Shown here piece after piece: positions 9,779 through 20,114 of a DNA stretch of 64,000 bases. Source of the stretch: a virus. Taxonomy: Duplodnaviria; Caudoviricetes. Positions within the stretch are counted from its first letter, which is position 1. Every line of letters starts with the position of its first letter. A program made the position numbers and the translations under genes. Below the pieces are notes generated by a model. It was not told the origin of the DNA and ran no database searches. It saw only the letters and a program-made list of their open reading frames with translations. Location of the stretch: the IMG/VR virus record IMGVR_UViG_3300026274_000001; one strand, 5' to 3'.

Positions 9779-10051
9779 ATGGACGCACGCCCCATTAGAA
9801 AATATATTGAAATCACCGAGTCGTTGATGACCAAAATACCACAGGAATTGATTCCTCAACCTGTGGTTTTTGAGCCACAGGTGCTTGATCCACAGCTTGA
9901 CGCAGACCTCGAGAAAAAGCTCGAGAGTCTAATATTCAAGCTCAGTAGCTATCAAGACCCCGACATGGGTGAATATTCTGCAGGAGTTGAAGCTGGTATG
10001 TCTCGTGCCGCTGATATGTTGCAGAATTTGTTGAATCGTTTAAAAGGCTAA
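9779..10051 (+). CDS. late hypothetical protein
   Basis: follows ATAAATA box; IEITES motif. Confidence 0.7.
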   Translation: MDARPIRKYIEITESLMTKIPQELIPQPVVFEPQVLDPQLDADLEKKLESLIFKLSSYQDPDMGEYSAGVEAGMSRAADMLQNLLNRLKG

Positions 10052-10054
10052 GAA

Positions 10055-10303
10055 ATGGAAAAACAGTTCCGTACGATTATTGAAGCGTTAGGTACCATTG
10101 TACCAACTAACAACAAGGAACTTTTTATTGAAAGTCGGGCACAGCAGGTGATTGCATCTGCTCGCCACCTCATTCAATTGCTTGAAAATTCTTTCCCGGA
10201 CGAAGTGTCCGATGATCTAACAAAGAGACTTCTCCTCGCCATCAAGAATGATGACAGCGAAAAGTTCTGCCGAAAGATGCGACAGCTTCGCGAAGGAAGA
10301 TAA
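10055..10303 (+). CDS. late hypothetical protein
   Basis: 82-aa ORF coupled to next gene. Confidence 0.7.
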   Translation: MEKQFRTIIEALGTIVPTNNKELFIESRAQQVIASARHLIQLLENSFPDEVSDDLTKRLLLAIKNDDSEKFCRKMRQLREGR

Positions 10304-13281
10304 TGTCAAAGAAATTCACTACGATTGAAGAACAGTTAACCGAAGGGTTCTGGGACGCGATCCTCAATAAAGCAAAAAGAGCTGGTCTGGCAGCAGGCGC
10401 CGCTCTAGGTAGCAACCATACTCGAGGTAAACTCGATGCCAATACCTTTGCCACTGAACTGTATGACAAGTTCAAATTGTGGCAAGGCCAAACGAACATG
10501 CCATCAGATATGAGTTCTGTTGCTATGTTTTTGAAAAAGCAAATCAATATGGATTCTCGTTTCATTAAATCTGAAACTGGAGTTGATATTGGTGGCTCGA
10601 ATGGCAATCAAGGACAACAGCAAGCTCAGCAGGGATCTAGTCAAGGTGGTAATAGCCATGATTTTGAAGATCCGTTGGGTCATGTTGGTGGCAATGCCGG
10701 TAGTCAAAACGGTAATGGTGGCAATGACGCGCAATCAAATTACAAGCCAGAAGGAAATGACTTTAAACCAGTCATGACTGCGGTTGGCGAATTTATGCGT
10801 TACGGTCAATATGGGGCATTCAAACGTGCCCGTGATGCTACTGGGTTCGATAAGAACGCTACTAAAGTATATACCACTCCGTTCGACGGCTCGTTTATCT
10901 TCTCAGTTGGAACTGACAAGAACACTGATTTGGAAGAATTGCTGAAACAAGCTGAAGCAGAAGGAAGTGATATTGCTGACGTTGTTACTGGATTGAAGGA
11001 TATGTTTGGTACTTGGGAAGACTTCAAGAAGTCTGTTCAAGGTGGCGACCGTATTGAGAAAAATTCCAAAGATGAAGCAGACTTGTTCCGTCAAGCGGTT
11101 ACGCAAGCTTCAAAGTTGTATCATTACAACTTCCCAAAGAATTTGAATCGCTTTGTTTTGGCTTCTCCACCGCCAGTACCAGATAAGCAAGCAGCTCGTA
11201 AAGAACTGTTCTTTAATGATGGTGATCCAACAGCAAAGACTACAGAATCCGTATTGAATACCGACGATGTATTGATGGAAGCTGGTGGTATTTCGGACGG
11301 TCAACTTCGTAAGCATTTCATGCAAATTGCACAACATGCATTGCGTGACGGCGAATTTAAGATTGCCGCCAATAATACTATTCACATGTTACAGGGTGAT
11401 AATGTAGTTGGTAATGCAGTTCAAACCAATGCTGGCAATAACGGTAACACTGGTGATCAAAACGGAAACAGTCAACCGACTACTGGTTCAATCCTGAATA
11501 AGGCTGAATCACTGGGTCATGTACTTGGTATTGATATCAACGAATTTACATTGTTGAAATTCAAGAAAAAGGATATGAACACTTATCGTGAATTCATGGG
11601 ATTCCTGAATAAGCAAAAGGGTGATAGTTTTACCGATCCGTTCTTGACATATGCGAAAGAAACATTGGAGCCATACTATGACTTCAGTGAAGCAAAGCCA
11701 GATCCAAAAGCAAATAAAGACGTGAACGGTGCAGAAAATGCCCCACAAGCGAATAAGACTGCAGATGGTGCCAATTCACCGGTAGCAGATCCAGTAGCCA
11801 CCGATGAAAACGGTTTGAAGTTTTACGACATCGATCGTCGCCAGATGGCTTGGGATCCAAAAAATGAAATGTTACTTGTTCGTTCTACAAAGAATGGCAA
11901 AGTCAACGAACGTACTTACAAGCGTACTGACGATGGTTGGGTGAACGACCGTGATGCTGCGGTTCAGGAAAAGAATATTAAGCTGGTTGATAGCTGGTAT
12001 GATCGAGTTATGGCCAAGTCTGGTGGGGAAGCTGCTCAAGATACACAACCAGCAACACCAGCTAAGGTTGATCCTACTGTTATTCCAAATGGTGCAGTAG
12101 TCACTAATCCGAAAAACAAAGGTGAGTACAAGTTTGATGGTAAGTCATGGCGTGCTGGTAACGGTGCGGAAATCCCTGAAGGCCCAAGTGCTGATGCATT
12201 GACTAAGTTGTATCATGAACAACGTGGAACAACACCAAAGAGCACAGCACCACAAGCAAATACGCAAGCAGCAGATAAGCAACCAGCAAATCAAGGGACT
12301 AAGCCAGCAAGTCCAGCAGTCGAGCCAGGTCAGAATACACCAGAACGCGGTGCTAAGGTTACCGTTCCTTCAACTGGAGCTTAATATACCTTTGACGGTG
12401 CTGAGTGGGAAGATGCCAAGGGTGATGCTGTTATGGCTCCTTCAGGTCATCACAAAGATACCAATGGCGACGATTACTCTTCACAGAAATATCTGACTCG
12501 TTTGTATAACTTTGAAAAAACTGGTGGAAATGCTGAAGACTTCACTGAACCAGTAACTAGTCGTCTGAAACTGGACGCCCCAAAGGCTCAAAAACCGCCC
12601 GCTGCTGATCAACCGAAACAGCAAGAACCACAACCAGCTACGCAACCAAAGGACTTGACTACCGATGAAGAAGATGCGGTAGTCAATAGCAAGCCAGAAG
12701 CTAACGTTGGAAATGATCCTGTGCCAGTAGATGCCAAGTTGTCGCATGATGGCAATACGGCTCGCAAGTTGAAGCGTGGTGCTTGGTGGAATGAAACTAC
12801 CAAGAAGCCATATCCAGACGATAAGACTCAAGAGATTGATAATTTGTATCGTAAATCACTTGCTGCTAAAAATGGTGCTGCAATTCCACCGGCATCAGCA
12901 AAGGCTGATGCACCAGACGGTTCAGATTTTAAGCTTGGTGGTGGGGTTCAATACAAGAAAGAAAACGGTCAATGGAAAAATATGGCACTCAACAAGCCAA
13001 TTACCGATCCCAAGACTGCACAACACTTGGAAATTGAATTCGCAAAGCAGAAGGATAAAAAAGGCTCCGGTACTACATTGACCAAAGCCGCCAATGATGA
13101 CAGTGAATCAGCTGCTCCAACTGGTGCTAAGTTCAAGCAAAACGATAAGGGTGTTGAATACACACGTACCAAGGATGGATGGGTTGATCCAAACGGTAAG
13201 GTAATCGACAATGAATCACAAGTGGCACTGATGGATCGTGGTTATAACAACGCGAAAAATAAGGGTGGTCTAGCCGCCTAA
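10303..13281 (+). CDS. large low-complexity repeat protein (probable internal head protein) interrupted by in-frame TAA at 12382-12384
   Basis: ORFs 10303-12384 and 12433-13281 share a frame; sequence after TAA reads YTFDGAEWEDAKG and completes a repeat module. Confidence 0.65.
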
Positions 13282-13302
13282 CAGTTACACTGTTACAAAA
13301 CC

Positions 13303-13328
13303 TGGCGAGGGAATTCCCTCGCCATTTC
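13303..13328 (+). terminator. intrinsic terminator
   Basis: perfect palindrome TGGCGAGGGAATTCCCTCGCCA followed by T-rich run. Confidence 0.7.
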
Positions 13329-13389
13329 TTTGAGCCTTGTGCTCACATCAATCTTACTATATAGTCACGCCAAACAACTGGCAATCTAT

Positions 13390-14430
13390 ATGGGTATCCC
13401 ACATTTTTCAGCTTTATCTGACAAGCGTAAAAAGATCTTTCTGGCTAATCCTGAAGAATTCATGGTACAGGAAAAGATCGACGGTAGTAATCTCAAATTC
13501 AAGCTAGACGAAACATTCCCTTGGGCCATGCGTAAGACCGTAAATGGCAAGGTGTACACCCAACCAGATGACTGGGGTACTGACTTCTGGGTGACTGGTT
13601 TCCGTGCCGCTCACCAAGCAATGATCAACGTGCGTCATATGCTGGTTAAGCCCTACATGCCAGTATCGCCGTATAATGGCGGTGAAATACTTGACATGGA
13701 ACTGTTGTTTGCCGATAGTCCCAACACCATAATTTACAGTAAGAACAACAATAGTATTGTGGTGTTTGCACCAGATCGAGACACTAGTTTTGTTACTTGT
13801 ACTGATGTGACAGTGAACGATGTACCATACACTATTGACGGATTTGAAATCAAGCGAATGTCTAAGACGTATGGATTTACGGTCATAAGTTTGGACCGAG
13901 AACGTGCTGACATTGAATTGGTTACTGAAATGGAGCCAGACGCTCTTATTGATCAAGCTCGTCTACTGCCTCTGGATACTGTTGGTGATTTTCTGGTACA
14001 GGAGCTTGCTTGTGGTCCCAGCAGCTTTTCTAGTTGGAACAGAGAAAATATGTCCGACCCTCCAGCACGTAAGGAAGGACTGGTATACAAGCATGATAGT
14101 GGATGGATGTTCAAACTGGTAGATAAGCAGTGGTTCACAGCACAGAACACCAAGAATTATGAAGTTCGCCACTGGTTGTTCAAATCACCCCGTGGTCACA
14201 AGAATTCAGTAATGGATGCCTTCTGGGTACATATCGCTAATGGCCATAGTGTTGATTCTGCCGTCACATTGGCTTTGAAGAAACTCGATGATGCTTGGAA
14301 TTGCTACCATCCAGCTATGCAAGATACCCAAGAACCACATATTCATATTCGTAACCTAGAAGCGTTCGCTAGTATCCGACATCAATTGAATCAATATGCA
14401 CTGAATGGAATACCAGATGACAGCAATTGA
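13390..14430 (+). CDS. covalent nucleotidyltransferase (RNA ligase-like)
   Basis: motif I QEKIDGSN, motif III-like DMELLF, motif IV KEGLV, motif V FKLVD; ATG at 13390 chosen. Confidence 0.65.
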   Translation: MGIPHFSALSDKRKKIFLANPEEFMVQEKIDGSNLKFKLDETFPWAMRKTVNGKVYTQPDDWGTDFWVTGFRAAHQAMINVRHMLVKPYMPVSPYNGGEILDMELLFADSPNTIIYSKNNNSIVVFAPDRDTSFVTCTDVTVNDVPYTIDGFEIKRMSKTYGFTVISLDRERADIELVTEMEPDALIDQARLLPLDTVGDFLVQELACGPSSFSSWNRENMSDPPARKEGLVYKHDSGWMFKLVDKQWFTAQNTKNYEVRHWLFKSPRGHKNSVMDAFWVHIANGHSVDSAVTLALKKLDDAWNCYHPAMQDTQEPHIHIRNLEAFASIRHQLNQYALNGIPDDSN

Positions 14431-14770
14431 ACAATGGCTTGAACAGTACAAAGAACGACTTGCTGCTGGGTATAACATCGAACCGGAGCTTATTGCCACT
14501 TGGCCATACTTCATTGTTGACTACATCCGTTCGTCACTGCATAAAGCACCTGGAAGATTGCCCAATTCCACCATCTCGAAGCTTGGTGCGAAATTACAAA
14601 AGGAAGTGTATGCAATCAGAAAGACGTCGACCAAGCCAGATTTATATGCATTGTTGAAACCATGTAATGCAGATCACTATATGTTCGTCATTGCCACCTC
14701 CACACCAGAGGAGTTGGATATTCTGGCTAAGGGTTTTGCCAACAGCACTGCTTTTACGGTATTTTTCTAA
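14417..14770 (+). CDS. hypothetical protein
   Basis: ORF coupled between neighbours. Confidence 0.6.
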   Translation: MTAIEQWLEQYKERLAAGYNIEPELIATWPYFIVDYIRSSLHKAPGRLPNSTISKLGAKLQKEVYAIRKTSTKPDLYALLKPCNADHYMFVIATSTPEELDILAKGFANSTAFTVFF

Positions 14771-15111
14771 TGACTACTGTAAAATCGTGGATGGAAGAGC
14801 GTCAGAAATATTTGTCAACCGATACTTTATATAAACAAGTAACGGAGCACTGGCCTCATGCGAAGATTGCATACGTCAGGTATGATCACATTCATTATTG
14901 TCATCCTCATGAGTTGGCTGAGCGACTAGAATTTATCCTTGAAGCTTGCAAGGAACAGATGTTTTGCCATGAAGATGATGTAATTGCGATGGTCCCTAAA
15001 TATTTTGCTGGTGAATTTGCTATTGTATTCACGCATGACTATCATGCTGTTCAATTTAAACTTCTGGCAGAGCCAGATCCTTACGTACGAGTAGACTTAT
15101 ATGGGCGGTAA
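14770..15111 (+). CDS. FKLxW-family-like protein
   Basis: IVFTHDYHAVQFKLLA near C-terminus. Confidence 0.6.
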   Translation: MTTVKSWMEERQKYLSTDTLYKQVTEHWPHAKIAYVRYDHIHYCHPHELAERLEFILEACKEQMFCHEDDVIAMVPKYFAGEFAIVFTHDYHAVQFKLLAEPDPYVRVDLYGR

Positions 15112-16120
15112 AGCTTTCCTCAATGTAGAACCTGTTCCACTAGCAGCAATCAACACTCTGTCGGCCTGGGTGGCATCCATCTTTGAACTTCGAGATAGTT
15201 CTAACCTCAACCAGATTCACGAGTTCTATCTGGGTTTGGTATCGTCCATGAAGGGTGGTAACCCTGACAACGGTAATAACCTCAATGAATTATTCGTGAA
15301 GAATGGACTACGATGGTTAGGCTCTACGGGTAAGAAGTTAGTGAGTGGAGACATTGACATAGCGGTATCTAGTGAGGATTGGACGTATGATTCGTTACTG
15401 GAGTTCTTAACGGATAGATTCCCTCCTAACTGTGTTAATGGGAATGCTAGTCTTAACCAGATCTATACCAAGATGGAGTATCATACATGTGATGGATCTG
15501 CATGGCACCAGATTGACTTTATGGTTGGTGAGGTTGATCTTCTTTCCTTTACTCATTGGAGTCCTCGTCCTGGTTCGTCTTCTTGGACTGGTAGTCACCG
15601 TACTGAGTTAATCAAGACTGTGGCTAAGGTATTGTCGTCGTGGACTTTGTTTGATGATAATGGGGACATGATTGGGCGGATTGGTTACACTTTGAATCAT
15701 GATAAGGGATTAGCGCATGGTGCTCGTTACGCTACTGCTAAGAAGGATGGCAGTGGTTACGTGAAGAAGATGGTCCCTGTGACTAAAGAGAATCTTGAGG
15801 ATTTCGTTGACACTGCGATGGATCGTGAGTGCATTCAGACGGGGAAGTTTGTTTCTCTGGAGAGTGTTCCAGATAAAGATTTGGTGACACGGACTTATAC
15901 TGACCCGTTAGTTATTGCTGCATTGTTGTTTGGCGTGAACACCAGAATTGAGTCACTAAATAGTTATGAAGAAGTCGTGGATGTCATCTTGGCAAATACT
16001 GAACTTCGTAAACACATTGACCTGATTTGGAAGTTGTATGTCCAGAGACTAAACCAGATAGGTCAGCCAATTCCGTCGCCGACCATCAATGAACTATTCG
16101 TTATTCGCGGACTTAACTGA
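15101..16120 (+). CDS. Pol-beta-superfamily nucleotidyltransferase
   Basis: GSTGKKLVSGDIDI (GS...DxD) and a downstream QIDFM third Asp. Confidence 0.7.
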   Translation: MGGKAFLNVEPVPLAAINTLSAWVASIFELRDSSNLNQIHEFYLGLVSSMKGGNPDNGNNLNELFVKNGLRWLGSTGKKLVSGDIDIAVSSEDWTYDSLLEFLTDRFPPNCVNGNASLNQIYTKMEYHTCDGSAWHQIDFMVGEVDLLSFTHWSPRPGSSSWTGSHRTELIKTVAKVLSSWTLFDDNGDMIGRIGYTLNHDKGLAHGARYATAKKDGSGYVKKMVPVTKENLEDFVDTAMDRECIQTGKFVSLESVPDKDLVTRTYTDPLVIAALLFGVNTRIESLNSYEEVVDVILANTELRKHIDLIWKLYVQRLNQIGQPIPSPTINELFVIRGLN

Positions 16121-16718
16121 AAGCAAGTTAATCCCTAGTTACTGGCATGTCAGTGCTTTTACTGCTGAGCAGCTTGGCAATATTGCCTATATGTATTTCA
16201 TGGGGCTGTATGTTTTAAGTACAGATCCCATGACCAAGAAATGGGCTAGTGATTACGCCCGCCGGACCAATTCTCTTGGTCCCTTCACACAGAAGATCAA
16301 TACTGCAAATGACCTTTACGTGGCTTTGTTTGCCTTGAAGGGTGGTGTTGGTTTCAAGGATAAAGTAGCTTCGTTCAAATATCTGAATGGTATCAGGATT
16401 GAATGGTCTAAGCTTATTTCGTTCCTTCATGATCTTGATGCTAGTCTACCTAGAAACCACCGAGCGTTCTTATTAAACCTGGATGCTGGTTTGAATATCT
16501 CAGATGCCACCTTGAAGTCTATTCGCCGCCAAGTTATGGATTGGCCGATGCTTGATGCTTCTGAGAAGTGTCTGGTAGTCACCAGAATGCTTTCTGAGCT
16601 TACCAAGATAGCTCCTAAGGCGGAGCTAGTTACTGGTCTCAAGCAGCTAGCCAGAACGCCTGTAATCGCACCGAGTGTAAATACGAATCTAACTAGTTTG
16701 TTTAAGGGGTTTTTATGA
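16089..16718 (+). CDS. late hypothetical protein
   Basis: N-terminal DLTES motif; helical. Confidence 0.7.
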   Translation: MNYSLFADLTESKLIPSYWHVSAFTAEQLGNIAYMYFMGLYVLSTDPMTKKWASDYARRTNSLGPFTQKINTANDLYVALFALKGGVGFKDKVASFKYLNGIRIEWSKLISFLHDLDASLPRNHRAFLLNLDAGLNISDATLKSIRRQVMDWPMLDASEKCLVVTRMLSELTKIAPKAELVTGLKQLARTPVIAPSVNTNLTSLFKGFL

Positions 16719-16906
16719 GATATGCAGATTTTAGTAGTTTGAAAGAGAATGCGAGCAGTGGTGCTTCGTCCTCTGCCAATGTAGCTTCTATGGCTGCGCC
16801 ATTCTTTTCATCCGATCCTAAGGCAACTGCGGCTCAAAGCATTTACGGAGCACAGCCTGGCACAAAGAAATCTAAGAAAAAGCCGGTGGTTATTCGCAGA
16901 ACTTGA
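16715..16906 (+). CDS. small late protein
   Basis: SLKENASSGASSSANVA with basic tail; ATGA overlap. Confidence 0.65.
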   Translation: MRYADFSSLKENASSGASSSANVASMAAPFFSSDPKATAAQSIYGAQPGTKKSKKKPVVIRRT

Positions 16907-16956
16907 TGCGGAAGATAAATAAAAATAGAAACCCTTTCTTTTAAGGAAAAAATATC

Positions 16957-17418
16957 ATGATTACATCACCAAATAAGAATGCATTTGCTGGCCTGTCATT
17001 GGGCTCAAAGCTTGACTTCTTCACAGTAGAAACAATGCAAGACTTGGTTGGCGCAGACGGCGAAGCAGCTCAATCAGCTCTGAACGTTCTGATCGAAACT
17101 ATTGCTCTGAACGGTCAACCAGTTATTTCAGCATTGTCAACTGGCGCTGCTGTTGCAACAGGTTTGACAGGTACAACTTCAACATTGAAGTTTGCAGTTG
17201 AGCACACAGGTGCTTGGACAGCAGCTACATTGTCACAAGCTATTGCTGCTATTACAGTTGGCGAAGCTGTTGAGACAGAAAATGCAGGCGGTGCTTTGAC
17301 AGGTACAACTTTGAACCCAGCTCCTACAGTTGTGTCACCATTCGTGACTAACGTATCAGCTACAGGTGCAACAGTTACTGTCGGTATCAACACAGTGATT
17401 ACTCTGAACACACTGTAA
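16957..17418 (+). CDS. probable abundant virion protein (decoration-like)
   Basis: own late promoter, AAGGA RBS and UUCG terminator; strongly biased codons; Thr/Ala/Val-rich. Confidence 0.65.
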   Translation: MITSPNKNAFAGLSLGSKLDFFTVETMQDLVGADGEAAQSALNVLIETIALNGQPVISALSTGAAVATGLTGTTSTLKFAVEHTGAWTAATLSQAIAAITVGEAVETENAGGALTGTTLNPAPTVVSPFVTNVSATGATVTVGINTVITLNTL

Positions 17419-17445
17419 TTTTACGGTAGTTTAGTAGTTCCAAAT

Positions 17446-17473
17446 AAAAGGCTCGTTTCGACGAGCCTTTTTC
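17446..17473 (+). terminator. intrinsic terminator
   Basis: AAAAGGCTCGT-TTCG-ACGAGCCTTTTT. Confidence 0.85.
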
Positions 17474-17518
17474 TTTGCCTGCTAAATAATTAAAGACGCA
17501 GTTACAACAGGAACTATC

Positions 17519-18781
17519 ATGCAATCTAACCTTATTGATGACATCAGCAAATTAACTGGTGACGATGCATCAGGCATTCAAGACACCATTAGTAAATTGT
17601 CTCTTGACGAACTTTACCAACTTATGGATCTCGTTAGCAATAACGACATATTGGGTGTTAAGCAAGTGCTTGACGCTTACACTCCAGAATCAGTTGCTAC
17701 CACACCAGCCACTGAAAGTATTAATTTGGCTATTGTTTGCAAGAAAACAAAAATTTACGAAGCCGTACTTGAGTGGCTTGAAGATAATAGTATTCCCCAT
17801 ACTTTCCGTCCTGGCAACACACTCATTGTTTCATGCCAGAATAACGCACAAGCTGACTATCTAGTAAAGATGGTTGAAGATGCTAGTGCACGTAAACCAA
17901 AGAAAGAAGTAACAGAAGATAAAACCATGAGCGATAAAATTAAAGTTCCTGGCACAAAGCCTCGCGATCCTATGGCACGCGAACTTACTAAAGGCCAGTA
18001 TCAACCAAAGGTCACGCCAAATAAAAAGGCAAGATTGGCTAAAATGGACAGCAAACACAAGTCAAGAGGACTCGATGAGTCTTCTGACTCTGTTGGTTTC
18101 TGGGTTGATAATGCAAAGGCTTATGATACTATTCTTGAAAGCTTTGGTAAATCAATCACTTTTGATGGTACCGCATTGGATACTGATGCTAAGACCTGGA
18201 AGCAGATTGCAGAATCATTAATTACTGGTGGATATAAGCCAGGTACAGATTTCGGTAGAAATAACATGACAAAGAAAGTTAAAGAAGGCGTACTCGGCAT
18301 GACCCAAATGCCAGGATTGCGTCGCATGATGGAATTGGCTGGTATGCCATCTGATCAAATTGATCAAATTGGTGCTGATACTAGTCTGCCAGTAACCACA
18401 GATATCTCCCCATCAACTGATATGGATGATGCTGCTCTTGGTATTGACGATTTGGCACTTGACAGTGACGACCTCGACGATGTAGGTCTTGACGATCCAG
18501 CAATGGCCGGCGATTTTGCTGATGCTGTTGATATGGACGACCTGGGTGATGACGGCATCGACGATATGGATGTTGATCTGGACATGGATGCTCAAGGTTC
18601 TGGTGCAGTAACAATGGGTAGCGATTCTAGCCCAGCATATAACTTGATTAGCGATGCATTGGCTAGCATTCAAGGTAGTTTGCCAGATGTTAAGATTAGC
18701 GAATACAAGACATTGATTCAACGCTTGGAAGAGTTGACTAATCAGCTCCGTCAAGTTGGTCAGAGTTACTTGGGCGAGTAA
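17519..18781 (+). CDS. acidic probable prohead/internal protein
   Basis: late promoter; Asp-rich tract; multiple x-x-E motifs. Confidence 0.65.
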   Translation: MQSNLIDDISKLTGDDASGIQDTISKLSLDELYQLMDLVSNNDILGVKQVLDAYTPESVATTPATESINLAIVCKKTKIYEAVLEWLEDNSIPHTFRPGNTLIVSCQNNAQADYLVKMVEDASARKPKKEVTEDKTMSDKIKVPGTKPRDPMARELTKGQYQPKVTPNKKARLAKMDSKHKSRGLDESSDSVGFWVDNAKAYDTILESFGKSITFDGTALDTDAKTWKQIAESLITGGYKPGTDFGRNNMTKKVKEGVLGMTQMPGLRRMMELAGMPSDQIDQIGADTSLPVTTDISPSTDMDDAALGIDDLALDSDDLDDVGLDDPAMAGDFADAVDMDDLGDDGIDDMDVDLDMDAQGSGAVTMGSDSSPAYNLISDALASIQGSLPDVKISEYKTLIQRLEELTNQLRQVGQSYLGE

Positions 18782-19011
18782 TGCGCTATTTTGAAATTGC
18801 TGGTGGGCTACGTATGCCAGTTAATGAAGAAGAACAGGAAATTCTCACTCTTATAACCGAGAGTGAGCATACTGTTGATGATTCAAATCTAGATGAAAGA
18901 CAACAAGAAGTAGCCAGAACAATGGTGTCTCGTGGTCTATTAAATAGACTTCATAAAGATGGCAAAATATACTATGAAACTAATGGTTTGCCCGATATTT
19001 GGAGATTTTAA
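18781..19011 (+). CDS. small late protein
   Basis: coupled ORF beginning MRYFEI. Confidence 0.7.
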   Translation: MRYFEIAGGLRMPVNEEEQEILTLITESEHTVDDSNLDERQQEVARTMVSRGLLNRLHKDGKIYYETNGLPDIWRF

Positions 19012-19767
19012 ATGGCCCCTGTAGATCCACAAAGCGTTAATGAAATGAAGCGTCTTATGGAAATGTTTAATGGCACTTCCTCTGGAGTAACAACTCCAGT
19101 TGCGCCATCGGCACTCCCACCAGGCTTCGAACCACCTCCGACTTTTGAATATGATATGCCGGAAGGATTAGATGGTTATGACAATAGTTATGCGTCTCTT
19201 ACCGAGAGTGCATATACTCCATCACCAGCCCCGATTCCATCAGTTCCGGTATCGGCTTCTGAAGCTGATCATATGAAGAGTATTCTTGCTCGTTTTTACG
19301 AAGCAACCAATTCTTCGGTGGAACGTATTCAAGAGCGTGCTGAAACAAATCCACGTCTTAAAGAAGCATTGGCAACAAAGAAAACACCGAAGGGTGTTCA
19401 AGTTGGTTCATGGGAAATTCGTGTCCACGAAGATTCGCCCGGTTCTAAGACTTACGATGTTGTGAATGTGCATACTGACGAACCAATCGCACACGATCTC
19501 AGCTTGTATGAGAGTGCATTGAGTTTGACCAAGATGCTGAATCAGAACGTTGGTATCAACAATCCACGCATTCACGAGATCCTGCGTCTCGAGGATGAAT
19601 TCACTCGCCAGCGTACTGATGCGTCTACGTTTAAACGTAAGATCAATCGTATGATTAAAGAAGGCGATGAATTCAGAGCACACATTGCTGAAGATCGTTA
19701 CAATGAATGCAAAACACAAGCGGTTAGTCTTCGTAACCAGCTTATTATTATTTGCAAAAGTTTGTGA
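19012..19767 (+). CDS. late hypothetical protein
   Basis: 251 aa, SLTES motif, C-terminal coiled coil. Confidence 0.7.
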   Translation: MAPVDPQSVNEMKRLMEMFNGTSSGVTTPVAPSALPPGFEPPPTFEYDMPEGLDGYDNSYASLTESAYTPSPAPIPSVPVSASEADHMKSILARFYEATNSSVERIQERAETNPRLKEALATKKTPKGVQVGSWEIRVHEDSPGSKTYDVVNVHTDEPIAHDLSLYESALSLTKMLNQNVGINNPRIHEILRLEDEFTRQRTDASTFKRKINRMIKEGDEFRAHIAEDRYNECKTQAVSLRNQLIIICKSL

Positions 19768-19826
19768 TGGTTTTTCGGAAACGTCGTGCAGATAAATAAA
19801 GTAATAAGTTATTGCACGGTATCAGT

Positions 19827-20114
19827 ATGAACGTTTCAGATTTCAAAGCCGGCTCGGAAGAAAAGCTCAAGCAGTTTAATTACATGCTTGAGCAGCTTTA
19901 CGGCCTCAAGATTGACTTCGATGCATCCGAAGCCCATTTGCGCGAAGTGTTTGAACACTACAGCGAGCGCAAGTCTCTTTATCTTAAAGAGCACACGTAT
20001 AGCATTAGTAGTCCTGAATTTAGCAAGTTAGTATTGATTACCGAAGCTATTCGCATCTTCCTTAAAGAGATAGCGCCAAAGCGCAGAAAGAAATCCCGGA
20101 GAACCACCAAATGA
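19827..20114 (+). CDS. late hypothetical protein
   Basis: follows GATAAATA box at 19791. Confidence 0.65.
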   Translation: MNVSDFKAGSEEKLKQFNYMLEQLYGLKIDFDASEAHLREVFEHYSERKSLYLKEHTYSISSPEFSKLVLITEAIRIFLKEIAPKRRKKSRRTTK

